Of a stretch of DNA of 64,000 bases, positions 19,890 through 29,354 are shown piece after piece (position 1 is the stretch's first letter; every line of letters begins with the position of its first letter). The notes under the pieces were generated by a model, which did no database searches, was not told the DNA's origin, and saw only the letters and a list, made by a program, of their open reading frames with translations. Source of the stretch: an uncultured delta proteobacterium (GTDB lineage Bacteria; Desulfobacterota; Binatia; Binatales; Binataceae); the NCBI GenBank assembly GCA_963842085.1, contig CAWJET010000001.1:128001-192000 (forward strand), given 5' to 3'. A program made the translations under genes and the position numbers.

Positions 19890-21233
19890 ATGAACAGTTT
19901 CGTCGCGACTCGAACGCTGACAGAATATCCGCGCGGCGCCCATCGATGGTCCCTGCTGATCCTGACGGTGCTCGCGTCGATCCTCGGCGCGTATGACTTC
20001 CAGCTCGCACCGTTGCTGCCGATCCTGCTCCCGTACCTGCACATGAGCCACGTCGCGTACGGCGCGTTCGTCACGTTTGCCGTGCTCATTTCTGGAATCT
20101 CCGCGTTTTTCGGCGGTCCGCTGGCAGACCGCTACGGCCGCGTCCTCATCGTTGACGTATGTCTTGGGCTGGTCACCGGCTTGTTGTTCCTGAACGTGTT
20201 GATCACGGGCATCGTCTCGTTCGTCATCCTGCGCACCTTGATGGGAATCGTGGCCGGTCTCACGGCCGGCGCCCTGGCTGCGCTGGTGCGCGATATGTCG
20301 CCGCGGCTCAGCCGCGCGCTGGCATTCGGACTGCTGACGATCGGGCCGGTCGGCGCGAACTTCCTGGCCAACTTCGTTGCCGGAGCGACGCTGCCGATTT
20401 ATCACACCTGGCAGTCGCAGATTTGGATCATGGGATTTCTCGCGGTCGCGATGTACCTACCGATTATTTTGTGGCTGTGCGATCTAAGCCCCCAACTGCG
20501 CATGCAGATTATGAAGACCGAAATCCAGGTGCTCGCCGCCGAGGGACGGCTGCCCAGCGCCTCTGAACTTCCGTCCGGAACCGGAGACGCCTTCCGGCGC
20601 CTGCTTGGCCACCTGGAGGTCTGGCTGCTGGTCATCGGCATAACTGCGAATCTGACGTTGTATTTCGCGATCCAGGGTTTCGGGCCTCTAATGTTCACCG
20701 AAGCGTTTCACTACACGCCGGCCGAAGCGGCCAGGATGAACGAATATTTCTGGCTGGCAAACCTCGGCGCTCTGGTTTTGACGGGGCTGGTGTCCGATCG
20801 CCTGCAAACGCGCAAACCGATCGCAATCTTCGGCGGGGTACTCGCCTGCATCCTGATGGCCTGGTGGATTCCAACCTTCGGTCACGCGCTGCCGCGCGCC
20901 ACGCTGACGATCGTCGCGTCGTTGATGGGATGCTTCCTGGCGATCGCCTACGTGCCATGGGCTGCCCAGTTCTCCGAAACTCTCGAGGATGTCTCCCCCG
21001 CTCTGCAAGCCACTGGATGGGCCTTCTTCGGGCTGGTCGCCCGCGGATGGGTGGCGATCTCCGCGCCGCTGTCGCTCTACGTTGCGGTCCACTACGGATG
21101 GGGCGAGTGGGTGAAGGTCGCGCTCGCTGGAATGATAATCTACATCGTCGCCATGGCGTTCTCGCGCGGCCATGCGGCGGTTGAAGAACACGCTCACGCC
21201 GCTCCGGCGGCCGGTAAGGCTACCGCCGGCTGA
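19890..21233 (+). CDS. MFS transporter
   Basis: About 12 TM segments; motif A (GPLADRYGR) and GLVSDRLQTRK. Confidence 0.92.
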   Translation: MNSFVATRTLTEYPRGAHRWSLLILTVLASILGAYDFQLAPLLPILLPYLHMSHVAYGAFVTFAVLISGISAFFGGPLADRYGRVLIVDVCLGLVTGLLFLNVLITGIVSFVILRTLMGIVAGLTAGALAALVRDMSPRLSRALAFGLLTIGPVGANFLANFVAGATLPIYHTWQSQIWIMGFLAVAMYLPIILWLCDLSPQLRMQIMKTEIQVLAAEGRLPSASELPSGTGDAFRRLLGHLEVWLLVIGITANLTLYFAIQGFGPLMFTEAFHYTPAEAARMNEYFWLANLGALVLTGLVSDRLQTRKPIAIFGGVLACILMAWWIPTFGHALPRATLTIVASLMGCFLAIAYVPWAAQFSETLEDVSPALQATGWAFFGLVARGWVAISAPLSLYVAVHYGWGEWVKVALAGMIIYIVAMAFSRGHAAVEEHAHAAPAAGKATAG

Positions 21234-21240
21234 CGCTCGT

Positions 21241-22797
21241 CTACGGGCGCATCGTGCGCGTGCGAATCCCCAACTGCGTGGGAACTATCTCGTACGCCTG
21301 ATGCACCCAGTCAACCAGGAGCGGCCGCGTGTCGCGCGGATCGATTATCTCCTCGATGCCGAACGCCTCCGCGGTGCGAAGCGGCGATCGCACGGCGTTG
21401 AATTTGTCCTCGAGCTCTTTGCGCAACTTTTCCGGATCGCTCGACGCCGCCAGGTCGCGCTTGTACGCCGCCTCGATTCCACCCTCTATCGGCAGCGAGC
21501 CCCAATCCGCCGACGGCCACGCGTAGCGAAGATTCAGCCCCGTCGTGATCCCGTGGCCCGCGCCCGCCACGCCGAACGCCTTGCGCACCATGATCGCAAC
21601 TAGCGGCGTCGTCGTCTGAAACATCGCGTACAGCGCGCGCACGCCGCGCCGAATCGTCCCCGCCATCTCGGCCTCGCGCCCTATCAGGAAGCCCGGCTGA
21701 TCGACGAAGTTCACCACCGGCAGATGAAACGTGTCGCAAAGGTCGATGAACTTGACCATCTTGTCCGACGCCGGACCGTCCAGCGACCCGCCAATCGAGA
21801 ACGGATCGTTCGCCATCACACCCACCGGGAATCCGTCGAGCCGCGCGAATCCCGTCACCAGCGACGGGCCAAAGTAGGGAGTCATCTCGAAGAACGACTC
21901 GCGATCCATCACGAGCTCCAGGATTCGCCGCACGTCGTAACCATGGCGCCGATTGCGCGGCACGATGCTGATCAGCTCCTCTTCGCGGCGGCTGGGGTCG
22001 TCGTCGGGCGTCGCGCGCGGCGGCGCCTGCCATACGCTCTGCGGCAGATACGACAGGAAGCGGCGAATCTGCGCGAACGCGTCGTCCTCGTTCTCGGCTT
22101 CGTTGTCCACCGCGCCGCTCATGTGCGCGTGGATTTCGGAGCCGCCGAGTTCCTCCTTGGTCAGCTCCTCGCCCACGCCCCATTTGACCACCGGCGGTCC
22201 CGCGACGAAAAGCTGGCTCGTCCCGCGGATCATCACCGAGAAATGCGACGCCGCCACGCGCGCCGCGCCGATTCCCGCGACCGAGCCCATGCATCCCGCG
22301 ACGACAGGCACCTCGCCCATCAACTTTACCAGCACGTCGAAGTCGGGATTGGCAGGGACGTAGGTGCGCTTGAGCGTCTCGAACGAGCGCGCGCTGCCAC
22401 CGCCGCCGGTGCCGTCCACCAGCCGAATTATCGGGATATGCAGCTCATGTGCGATCAGTTCCGCGTAGCTCCGCTTGTTGCCGATATTTGCGTCCGCCGC
22501 GCCGCCCCGCACGGTGAAGTCGTCGCCGCCGACCACCACGCGCCGCCCGTTGATTCGTCCCGTGCCACCAACAAAGTTCGCCGGCATGATCGACGCGAGC
22601 GTCTCGCCCTCGTACTTCGGCGCTCCCGCCAAGGCGCCGTACTCGTGGAACGTGCCCGCGTCGAGTAGCCGCTCGATGCGCTCGCGCACGGTGAGCTTGC
22701 CGCCGTCATGCTGGCGCTTGATGTTGTCGGCCCCGCCCATCGCTTTCGCGAGTTCGACGCGTCGGCGAATCTCTGCGACTTCCTTCTCCCACGACAT
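21241..22797 (-). CDS. Acyl-CoA carboxylase carboxyltransferase subunit
   Basis: GKLTVRERI, DDFTVRGG, GPPVVK...GE....EELGG, FVDQPGF, IIDPRDTR. Confidence 0.93.
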   Translation of the reverse strand: MSWEKEVAEIRRRVELAKAMGGADNIKRQHDGGKLTVRERIERLLDAGTFHEYGALAGAPKYEGETLASIMPANFVGGTGRINGRRVVVGGDDFTVRGGAADANIGNKRSYAELIAHELHIPIIRLVDGTGGGGSARSFETLKRTYVPANPDFDVLVKLMGEVPVVAGCMGSVAGIGAARVAASHFSVMIRGTSQLFVAGPPVVKWGVGEELTKEELGGSEIHAHMSGAVDNEAENEDDAFAQIRRFLSYLPQSVWQAPPRATPDDDPSRREEELISIVPRNRRHGYDVRRILELVMDRESFFEMTPYFGPSLVTGFARLDGFPVGVMANDPFSIGGSLDGPASDKMVKFIDLCDTFHLPVVNFVDQPGFLIGREAEMAGTIRRGVRALYAMFQTTTPLVAIMVRKAFGVAGAGHGITTGLNLRYAWPSADWGSLPIEGGIEAAYKRDLAASSDPEKLRKELEDKFNAVRSPLRTAEAFGIEEIIDPRDTRPLLVDWVHQAYEIVPTQLGIRTRTMRP

Positions 22798-23232
22798 ACG
22801 ATTCTCCTGGCTAATGGGGACTCTTGAAGCTAGACCGCTCCGAGGCCTTCCAAAAGCGCGCTCATCTAATTGAATGTGACTGACCGAATAGGGCCGAAAT
22901 GAGCAATGAATACCATATGTGGTGGTTCTCGGACGGCCCCTCTACCATCGGTAGCTTCGTTCCGTCAAAAAATGTTTTCACAGGAGGCTGCTGTCGCCCG
23001 ATTTGGGGCGAGCTATGCGGGTGTGGGGAATCGTGACGCATACTGTATGGGTAGCACAAAAAGTTCGCCGGGGTCAGGCTGAAAAGTTCATCGCCCCACT
23101 GATTCATCGAAACTGGACCAGAGCCGAAAGAAACGAAGAACTCGTACTCGCTGCAAAACTCCTTGTCTCGATCCCGAGCGAAGGGAAGAAATCCGGCTTT
23201 TGTGCTTTCCTGATCGGCCGCCGCGGCTCCGA

Positions 23233-23293
23233 CACCTCGCCCGTTATTTTTACGGGAGAGGCGGCCGACCGCATCGCGGCCGGTAGGTGAGGG
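23233..23293. repeat. Palindromic repeat family A (ccctcacc...ctctcccg type), inverted copy
   Basis: Its reverse complement matches 27508-27565 and 27614-27672. Confidence 0.8.
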
Positions 23294-23349
23294 TTCCGCG
23301 TTTCAACCTGCATGCGTGCAAGGCCACTCCGCTCCGAGTTCTCTCTCCG

Positions 23350-23385
23350 TGTCATTCAGAGCGAAGCGAAGAATCCCGGATCCGG
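23350..23385. repeat. REP-like family B left half (tgtcattcagagcgaagcgaagaatcccggatccgg)
   Basis: Matches the left half of the doublet at 48916-48960. Confidence 0.8.
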
Positions 23386-23464
23386 CGTTGCGCAATGGCA
23401 GTCAAATTTTAGAGAAGTGGACAGAAATGGCCTGCCCTGTTGGAGTCTCTACGAAAATGTTTCC

Positions 23465-23926
23465 TGTATCGGCGGCAGAGAGAGCAACAAACACTGGAAC
23501 AAACGGCTCGGCAAGCGAGAAGCATATGCCACGAAAACGCCAGTCATCGGCGTGATCGCGCGCAAGGGCAACGTCATCTGCCAAGCGGTGAACGAACTTG
23601 GTTTCACCACTCAAGAAGATTTCGTGCGTAGAGCCGTATCGGACAAGGTGACGCTCGTTGCGACCGATCAGCACGCAGGCTACCGGAATCTCCGCAAGCC
23701 CGGTCTGCCGCATCAGCAGGTCAATCACTCTGAGAAGCAATATGTTGTCGGCTCCGTTCACACGAACACGATTGAGAATTTCTGGAGCCTGCTCAAGCGG
23801 GGAATCATCGGCAACTATCGTCACGTCAGCCGCGAATATTTGCCGCTGTATCTGAATGAATTTTCGTTCCGGTTCAACAGCCGCAAAAACCCTGACATTT
23901 TCGATGCAATCATGGCAGGATGCTGA
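23465..23926 (+). pseudogene. IS1595-family transposase, 5'-truncated C-terminal fragment
   Basis: IGG..NKH..KR, KTPVIG, TD...GY..L, H..VNHS...YV, HTNTIENFWSLLKRGI.G.Y.HVS..YL..YLNEF.FRFN.R. The N-terminal Zn ribbon and first Asp are missing. Confidence 0.88.
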
Positions 23927-24105
23927 GTTCGCCATGCTGGCGGCGGCCTCAGCGAAAGCCAGAGGCGAGCATACCAAAGCAATTAAGACTTGCGCTCCTT
24001 GGTTCCTAGTCGCAATCCAGCCTCCGCAAGTTCACAAATCGCCGTAACTGCGGTAATCGGATTTTCTGGTCGCAGATAGTGGCCTGCCCCCCGATGCCCG
24101 TCAGA

Positions 24106-24963
24106 TTATAAGTAGAGTCGGTCGTGGTTTTGGCCCTCTCGGGGCGGTTGCTGTTGCTGTCTTTTAAGCATGGCGAACTCGATTGGTGTCAATGCGCCGA
24201 GGCTGCTGTGTGGTCGGAGGTGATTGTAGTCGTAACGCCACGCTTCGATGGTCTCGCGCGCTTCGGCCAGGGTGAGGAAAACGTGCTCGTTGAGGCATTC
24301 GTCGCGCAGCCGGCTGTTGAACGATTCGACGAAAGCGTTCTGCACCGGCTTGCCGGGTTCGATGTATTGCCACTCCAGTCGCCCGGTGGCCCAACGCAGC
24401 ACTGCGCAGCTGGTGAGCTCGGTCCCGTTGTCGCTAACCACCATCCGTGGCAGTGCGCGCTCAGCTGTTAGCCGGTCCAGTTCGCGCACCACGCGCACCC
24501 CGCCCAGTGAAGTGTCCACCACCGTGGCCAGGCATTCGCGGCTGAAGTCGTCGACCACGCATAGGATGCGGAAGCGCCGCCCGTCGCTCAGTGCGTCGGC
24601 CACGAAGTCCAGTGACCACCGTTGGTTGATCGCGCCCGGTAGCGTCATCGGCGTCCTGGTTCCCAGCGCGCGCTTGCGCCCTCTGCGCCGGCGTACCATG
24701 AGCTTTTCCTCGCGGTACAACCGATAGAGCTTCTTGCGGTTCAGCACGTGACCTTCCCTCTCCAGCAGCCAGCCCAGGCGCCGATAGCCAAAACGTCTGC
24801 GCTCAGCGGCCAGCTCGCGCAGCCGCTGCCGCAGCAGCGAATCGTCCGGCCGCCGCGGCCGATAGTGCATGCTCGAGCGATTGAGTCCGACCAGCCTGCA
24901 TGCGCGCACCTGGCTCAGCCCGCGCTGCTCGACCAGTCGAGCAACCGCCGCCTTCCGCGCCAC
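24106..24963 (-). CDS. IS3 transposase OrfB (DDE integrase core)
   Basis: [39 protein letters not shown]. Confidence 0.95.
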   Translation of the reverse strand: MARKAAVARLVEQRGLSQVRACRLVGLNRSSMHYRPRRPDDSLLRQRLRELAAERRRFGYRRLGWLLEREGHVLNRKKLYRLYREEKLMVRRRRGRKRALGTRTPMTLPGAINQRWSLDFVADALSDGRRFRILCVVDDFSRECLATVVDTSLGGVRVVRELDRLTAERALPRMVVSDNGTELTSCAVLRWATGRLEWQYIEPGKPVQNAFVESFNSRLRDECLNEHVFLTLAEARETIEAWRYDYNHLRPHSSLGALTPIEFAMLKRQQQQPPREGQNHDRLYL

Positions 24964-24968
24964 AGGCT

Positions 24969-25235
24969 TCAGACGTTTTTTCCGAGCAGGTCCTTCAGCG
25001 CTGAGTTGTCCAGCATTGCTTCGGCCAGCAGCTTCTTCAGCCGCCGGTTCTCATCCTCCAGCGACTTCAGGCGGCGCGCCTCGGATACGTCGAGCCCGCC
25101 GTACTTCGCTTTCCACTTGTAAAAGGTCGCGCTTGAGATCCCGTGGCGGCGGCAAACCTCCTCGGTCTTCGCCCCCGCCTCATGTTCGCGCAGCACCCCG
25201 ATGATCTGCTCCTCGCTGAATCGGCTGCCTTTCAT
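24969..25235 (-). CDS. IS3 transposase OrfA
   Basis: [21 protein letters not shown]...[20 protein letters not shown]...[11 protein letters not shown]. Confidence 0.95.
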   Translation of the reverse strand: MKGSRFSEEQIIGVLREHEAGAKTEEVCRRHGISSATFYKWKAKYGGLDVSEARRLKSLEDENRRLKKLLAEAMLDNSALKDLLGKNV

Positions 25236-25824
25236 TGCCCGTCTCCTTTCTGTCGACGGACTCTACCTCAAAACTGCTGGGCGTTAGGGGGTCAGGCCAA
25301 TAGAAGCCATCCTGTTGTTGTAGGATAATTTCGTTCAATCTGAATCGGTCAATTAGTTTTTGAATCCGACCACCAAATTTCGTCGTAAAGTTCTCGCGAA
25401 ACACTCGATTGAATTCCTTCAAACGAGAATCATGTAATTCTAGTTCGCGAGGATCATTCATAACAGGCGCCGACATTCTCCATATATTCGAGAAACCAAC
25501 TATATCGGTTACTAGCGAGAATGCTTCGTTCATTATCCGCTCAGGATCATCAAGCGATGCCTTCCGATATTCGGGTATTAATATCGCCAAGAGAGCCACG
25601 ACAACCAAGGCCGCGAATATCGTCGCAAGAATTGCTTGTGCACAGCTTCCAGAAGCCGGTGGATATAGACTTACGAAAAAACCAATGACGCCCATCAGCA
25701 CCCCCAATATCGCAGCTGAATTGGCCGACAGTGCGCGTTGCATCGTGCGAAGGCTCTGTGGAATTGTGATTGGCATTTCGTCGGACTAATGACTTCCAGA
25801 TTCCACAGGTTATACTGCGGATCG

Positions 25825-26016
25825 ATGAGAAAAGGCACGAACAAAGAAGGCGATGCCGAATTGATAAAACGGCTCCAGGCGAAAGCGCCCGAAGTGCTGA
25901 GCGCAAAGGTGGACTTCGATGACCTCATAAACCAAGTCCTAAAGGCGGATGCGCTGCCAACCAACAAGTCAGAATCGAGACTGCAATCCCGGCACAGAAA
26001 AACACGGTCCCGATAA
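25825..26016 (+). CDS. Small hypothetical protein
   Basis: 63-aa ORF with amphipathic DFDDLINQVLK, inside the island. Confidence 0.45.
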   Translation: MRKGTNKEGDAELIKRLQAKAPEVLSAKVDFDDLINQVLKADALPTNKSESRLQSRHRKTRSR

Positions 26017-26071
26017 TCGTTCGCCACTTAAACGCGCTTCTTGTCTGCGGACCTTTTGGGGGAAACTTGAG

Positions 26072-26701
26072 ATGCCAGCCAGCGATGACGAGCAGAATCC
26101 ACGCCAACCCGAACCCAATTGGGTAGACAAATGGATCCTCTACGTTTCTGTCGCCGGCGTAGTCGCTGTCATCTTCTACGCAGGGGAAGCCCGCAGGCAA
26201 AATGGCCTGATCGCGCGGAGTGTTGAACAGGAAGTGTTGAACAATCGACCAGTCTTGATCGGGAATGGTGTAGAGACGATGCAGAAGACACCTGACGGCG
26301 TGCCCATGCAAGTAAAAGTACACCTGAGAAACTACGGCAAGACGCTCGCAGTCGGTGGTGTCGTCGCGGGGGAAATTCTCATCAGAGCGGCTGGTGAACC
26401 AACACCCGTTGACGCCGACTGTGACGAAGCTGGTAAACTGCCGAAAGCAAATATTCCGTTCGTAGACGTGGAGCCTGCGGTTGCGCCAAACGAAGCTGCT
26501 GAACCTATGTGGGTTCCAACTTCCGATCAACCGTTGCCCAGAGCTAACTACGGCGCTGTTCTCTACGTAGTGGGGTGCGTCTATTACTTCGGTCTTGATA
26601 GAGAAAAAAGATATTTCTCTGACGTGTGTGTTACATGGGTGCCCAAAGCGCCCCAAGAATTCCAAACTTGCGACGACGCCACTCGCAACTACGCACACTA
26701 G
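26072..26701 (+). CDS. Membrane-anchored hypothetical protein
   Basis: N-terminal TM, NNRPVL, V.VHLRNYGKT.A, YVVGCVYY and a Cys-containing C-terminus. Confidence 0.7.
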   Translation: MPASDDEQNPRQPEPNWVDKWILYVSVAGVVAVIFYAGEARRQNGLIARSVEQEVLNNRPVLIGNGVETMQKTPDGVPMQVKVHLRNYGKTLAVGGVVAGEILIRAAGEPTPVDADCDEAGKLPKANIPFVDVEPAVAPNEAAEPMWVPTSDQPLPRANYGAVLYVVGCVYYFGLDREKRYFSDVCVTWVPKAPQEFQTCDDATRNYAH

Positions 26702-26727
26702 TAGTAACGCCAGCGGCAACGCGATGG

Positions 26728-27173
26728 TCAAGCCGCGTATTGGCGTCGGGTGTCGGCGACTGTCTGAAAGAAATCGAGCGGCGCCATGTTTTCTGTGATC
26801 TCCTCCGGAAACGCAAAGAAATAGACGAGAGAATCGGCCACAAGCAGTTTCTCAAAGTCCTTGCGGAGATTATGGTGACATTCGATCTCCCCGACGATGA
26901 GCGCCTGCATGGGATAACGCTCGCTCTTCAGGTCGGGGGATCATAAAGAAGTGCGCAAAAGTCGAATAACATCTCACTATCTTCATCGCGCTTGTGGCCG
27001 TATGCGCATTCAATTCCCGCTTGGTGGAGAGTGGCCAAGCGCCTCTCAATAGCAGCGCCGATTATATCCGCCCATCCCTTCCGCGTATTGCGGAGTTTGC
27101 TCGCCACCTCGTCAAGCGCCTCGCGGACAATACGGACGAGTGTGCTTTGATCCGGCAATGGCTGGACGTGCAT
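26728..27173 (-). pseudogene. Possible restriction-endonuclease-fold (PD-(D/E)XK-like) remnant, frameshifted at the G5 run 26935-26939
   Basis: Joined frames give EMLFDFCALLYD..DLKSERYPMQALIVGEIECHHNLRKDFEKLLVAD. Confidence 0.4.
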
Positions 27174-27270
27174 TTTGTTCTCCTACTTGACCGTCTAAGG
27201 CGCAGCAGCATGGCGGCGGTCCATCGACGTTGAGTTATCAAACCACAGCGCGACCGACAACTTAAGAAAA

Positions 27271-27413
27271 GTGTCTTTTTCTGTCTGAGGCGAGCAAATC
27301 CGAGACGATGCGAGGGCTCCCCGATTTGGGAACCCCCGCTTTTTCCTATCCGAACCGACACCAGTCGATGCCGTTAGATGCCCCCGACCACCTTAGCAAT
27401 CTGGTGCCTTCGA
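27271..27413. repeat. Non-coding structured repeat family D, copy 1
   Basis: Collinear with 41922-42066 (tgtctgag..gagcaaa..tgcgagggc..gccgttaga..gaccacct.agcaatc.ggtgccttcga). Confidence 0.8.
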
Positions 27414-27498
27414 CCATTCGGGTTTGTTGTCAGCGTCCGCACCTTTGGCGCAATCGGTGCTCCAAAGTCCCTTTGCTTCAGTTGAGACGACACAAAAT

Positions 27499-27710
27499 GT
27501 TCCTGCACCCTCACCTACCTCGCTGCGCTCGGCCTCCTCTCCCGTAAAAGTAACGGGCGAGGTAGGATCCGGGTTCCTTCCCTGCGGTCAGGATGACGCA
27601 AAACGTTCCTGCGCCCTCACTTACCTCGCTGCGCTCGGCTCCGCCTCTCGCGTAAAAGTAACGGGCGAGGTAGGATCCGGGTTCCTTCGCTGCGCTCCGG
27701 ATGACACAAA
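27499..27710. repeat. Tandem duplication (about 107 bp) of a composite A + B-right-half palindromic unit
   Basis: ccctcac.tacctcgctgcgctcggc...cgtaaaagtaacgggcgaggtaggatccgggttccttc occurs twice. Confidence 0.9.
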
Positions 27711-27714
27711 AAAA

Positions 27715-27808
27715 GTTCTAACAGGCCGTCAGGCCGCATCTTCTTTCTCACTAAGGTGCAGGGGTTACCCCTGCCCAGGGATGCGCGAAACCCACGGCGG
27801 GTTTCGCA
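27715..27808. repeat. Structured repeat family C, copy 3 (no insert)
   Basis: Three hairpins: gcc-gtca-ggc; gcagggg-tta-cccctgc; gcgaaaccc-acggc-gggtttcgc. Confidence 0.75.
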
Positions 27809-27914
27809 TACATTCGCATACAATTGAGTTCTCCATTTTGTTCTGCGCTACGCGCGCAACGCGGGGCGCGGGCGTTTATCGTGTGCGGTCTTCCTGTTAG
27901 CTTCTCATTTAACG

Positions 27915-29333
27915 ATGACGGCGGCGCTTACAGACTCGATGACTACCGCCAATGGGCGCGAAGCCGGCGCGTTGCCGAATCCGCGGCATGCGTTGCTTAC
28001 CGGATGGGGGCGGTATCCGCTCTCGGAGAGCGATGTTTATCGGCCTGATAAGATTGGCGAGCTGCGGGCGGTCGTGACTGCCGATGCGACTTCGCTGATT
28101 GCGCGCGGGGCGGGACGGGCTTATGGCGATGCGGCACTGAACGATCAGAATCGCGTCGTCGATCTTACGCGGCTTAATCGGATGCTCTCGTTCGACGGCG
28201 CGACCGGCCTGTTGCGATGCGAGGCCGGCGTGACCGTTGCGGAGTTGATCGATGTTTTTTTGCCGCGTGGTTTTTTTCCGCCGGTAACTCCGGGCACGCG
28301 CTTCGTTACGCTTGGCGGATCGATCGCCGCCGACGTGCATGGCAAGAATCACCATCGCGACTCCTCGTTGGCCTCGCACGTGACCAGCTTCGACCTGATG
28401 GTCGCGTCGGGCGAGGTGCTTCGATGCTCGCGCGAGGAAAACGCCGGGCTGTTCTGGGCGACGGTCGGAGGGATGGGTTTGACCGGCGTGATCCTCGAGC
28501 TTGAACTGAGGATGCGGCGGGTCGAGAGCGCGTATCTCGATGGCGAGCTGATCCGCGCCGGCAATGTCGATGCGGCGATCGAGGCTTTCGAGCGCACCGA
28601 CGCGCAGTACGGCTATTCGGTCGCGTGGATCGACTGCAACAGCGGCAAAGGCGCGCTCGGCCGCTCGGTGCTCAACCTCGGCAACTTTGCGACACTCGAT
28701 CAGCTGCCGCGAAATCTCGCGCAGAATCCGCTGAGCACGATGCCGAAGCTCAGCCCGATCGTGCCGTTCGACTTTCCGGGATTTGCGCTGAACTCGCTGA
28801 CCGTCAGGGCCTTCAACGCGGTCATCTGGGCGTTGAATCGCGACAAGGCGGCGCACACTATTTTCGACTGGGAAAGTTTTTTCTATCCGCTCGATTCGAT
28901 CCGCAACTGGAACCGAATCTACGGCAAGCGCGGCTTCGTCCAATATCAATGCGTGTGGCCGCCCGACGAAAGCCGCGCCGGGCTGGTCGAAGTGCTCGAG
29001 GCGATCAGCCGCAGCCGGCGCGGCTCGTTTCTCGCGGTGCTCAAGAAGTTCGGCGCGCAGGACGGGCTGCTGTCTTTCCCGATGCCCGGCTACACGCTCG
29101 CGCTGGATTTCCCGGTGACGGACGGGCTGCTCGAATTTCTTTCTTCGTTGGACGCGATGGTATTGAAGCGCGGCGGCCGCGTGTACCTGGCCAAGGACGC
29201 GCGCATGTCGCCCGAGACCTTTCGCGCGATGTATCCGAATCTTCCGAAGTGGCAGGCGGCGAAGGCCGTCGCCGATCCCGACAACCGCTTTTCGTCGAGC
29301 CTGTCGCGCAGGCTTGGGATGTACCCCGCCTGA
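27915..29333 (+). CDS. FAD-binding oxidoreductase, DprE1-like
   Basis: ARGAGRAYGDAA, PVTPGTRFVTLGG.IAADVHGKNHH, GGMGLTG, YSVAWID, FFYPLD, GFVQYQ, GGRVYLAKD. Confidence 0.92.
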   Translation: MTAALTDSMTTANGREAGALPNPRHALLTGWGRYPLSESDVYRPDKIGELRAVVTADATSLIARGAGRAYGDAALNDQNRVVDLTRLNRMLSFDGATGLLRCEAGVTVAELIDVFLPRGFFPPVTPGTRFVTLGGSIAADVHGKNHHRDSSLASHVTSFDLMVASGEVLRCSREENAGLFWATVGGMGLTGVILELELRMRRVESAYLDGELIRAGNVDAAIEAFERTDAQYGYSVAWIDCNSGKGALGRSVLNLGNFATLDQLPRNLAQNPLSTMPKLSPIVPFDFPGFALNSLTVRAFNAVIWALNRDKAAHTIFDWESFFYPLDSIRNWNRIYGKRGFVQYQCVWPPDESRAGLVEVLEAISRSRRGSFLAVLKKFGAQDGLLSFPMPGYTLALDFPVTDGLLEFLSSLDAMVLKRGGRVYLAKDARMSPETFRAMYPNLPKWQAAKAVADPDNRFSSSLSRRLGMYPA

Positions 29334-29354
29334 AAGACGGCGTAAGTCTTCTCG

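Larger units (their letters stand above)
24080..25299 (-). mobile_element. IS3-family insertion sequence (IS407-like group), apparently intact
   Basis: TG..CA terminal IRs (tggcctgcccccc / gggggtcaggcca), 4-bp TSD ATAG at 24076-24079 and 25300-25303, and orfA/orfB with an A6C slippery site at 24975-24981. Confidence 0.95.
23983..25776 (-). pseudogene. 2-TM membrane orphan gene interrupted by IS3
   Basis: Removing IS 24080-25299 and one ATAG copy restores ...QQQDGFY|LRPENPITAVTAICELAEAGLRLGTKERKS*. Confidence 0.7.

Noticed and set aside
22862-23165. Lower-GC ORF fragment at the island edge
   Set aside because: No recognisable motif or RBS; cannot support a gene call.
26928-26930. Sec read-through at TGA of ORF 26928..27173
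   Set aside because: The downstream similarity continues in a different frame, so this is a frameshift rather than read-through.
27282-27335. Hammerhead ribozyme in repeat family D
   Set aside because: ctgag.cgag only loosely resembles CUGANGA; the GAAA is not conserved in both copies and the three stems could not be built.
27499-27710. CRISPR array
   Set aside because: Only two near-identical units of about 107 bp, no unique spacers and no cas genes.
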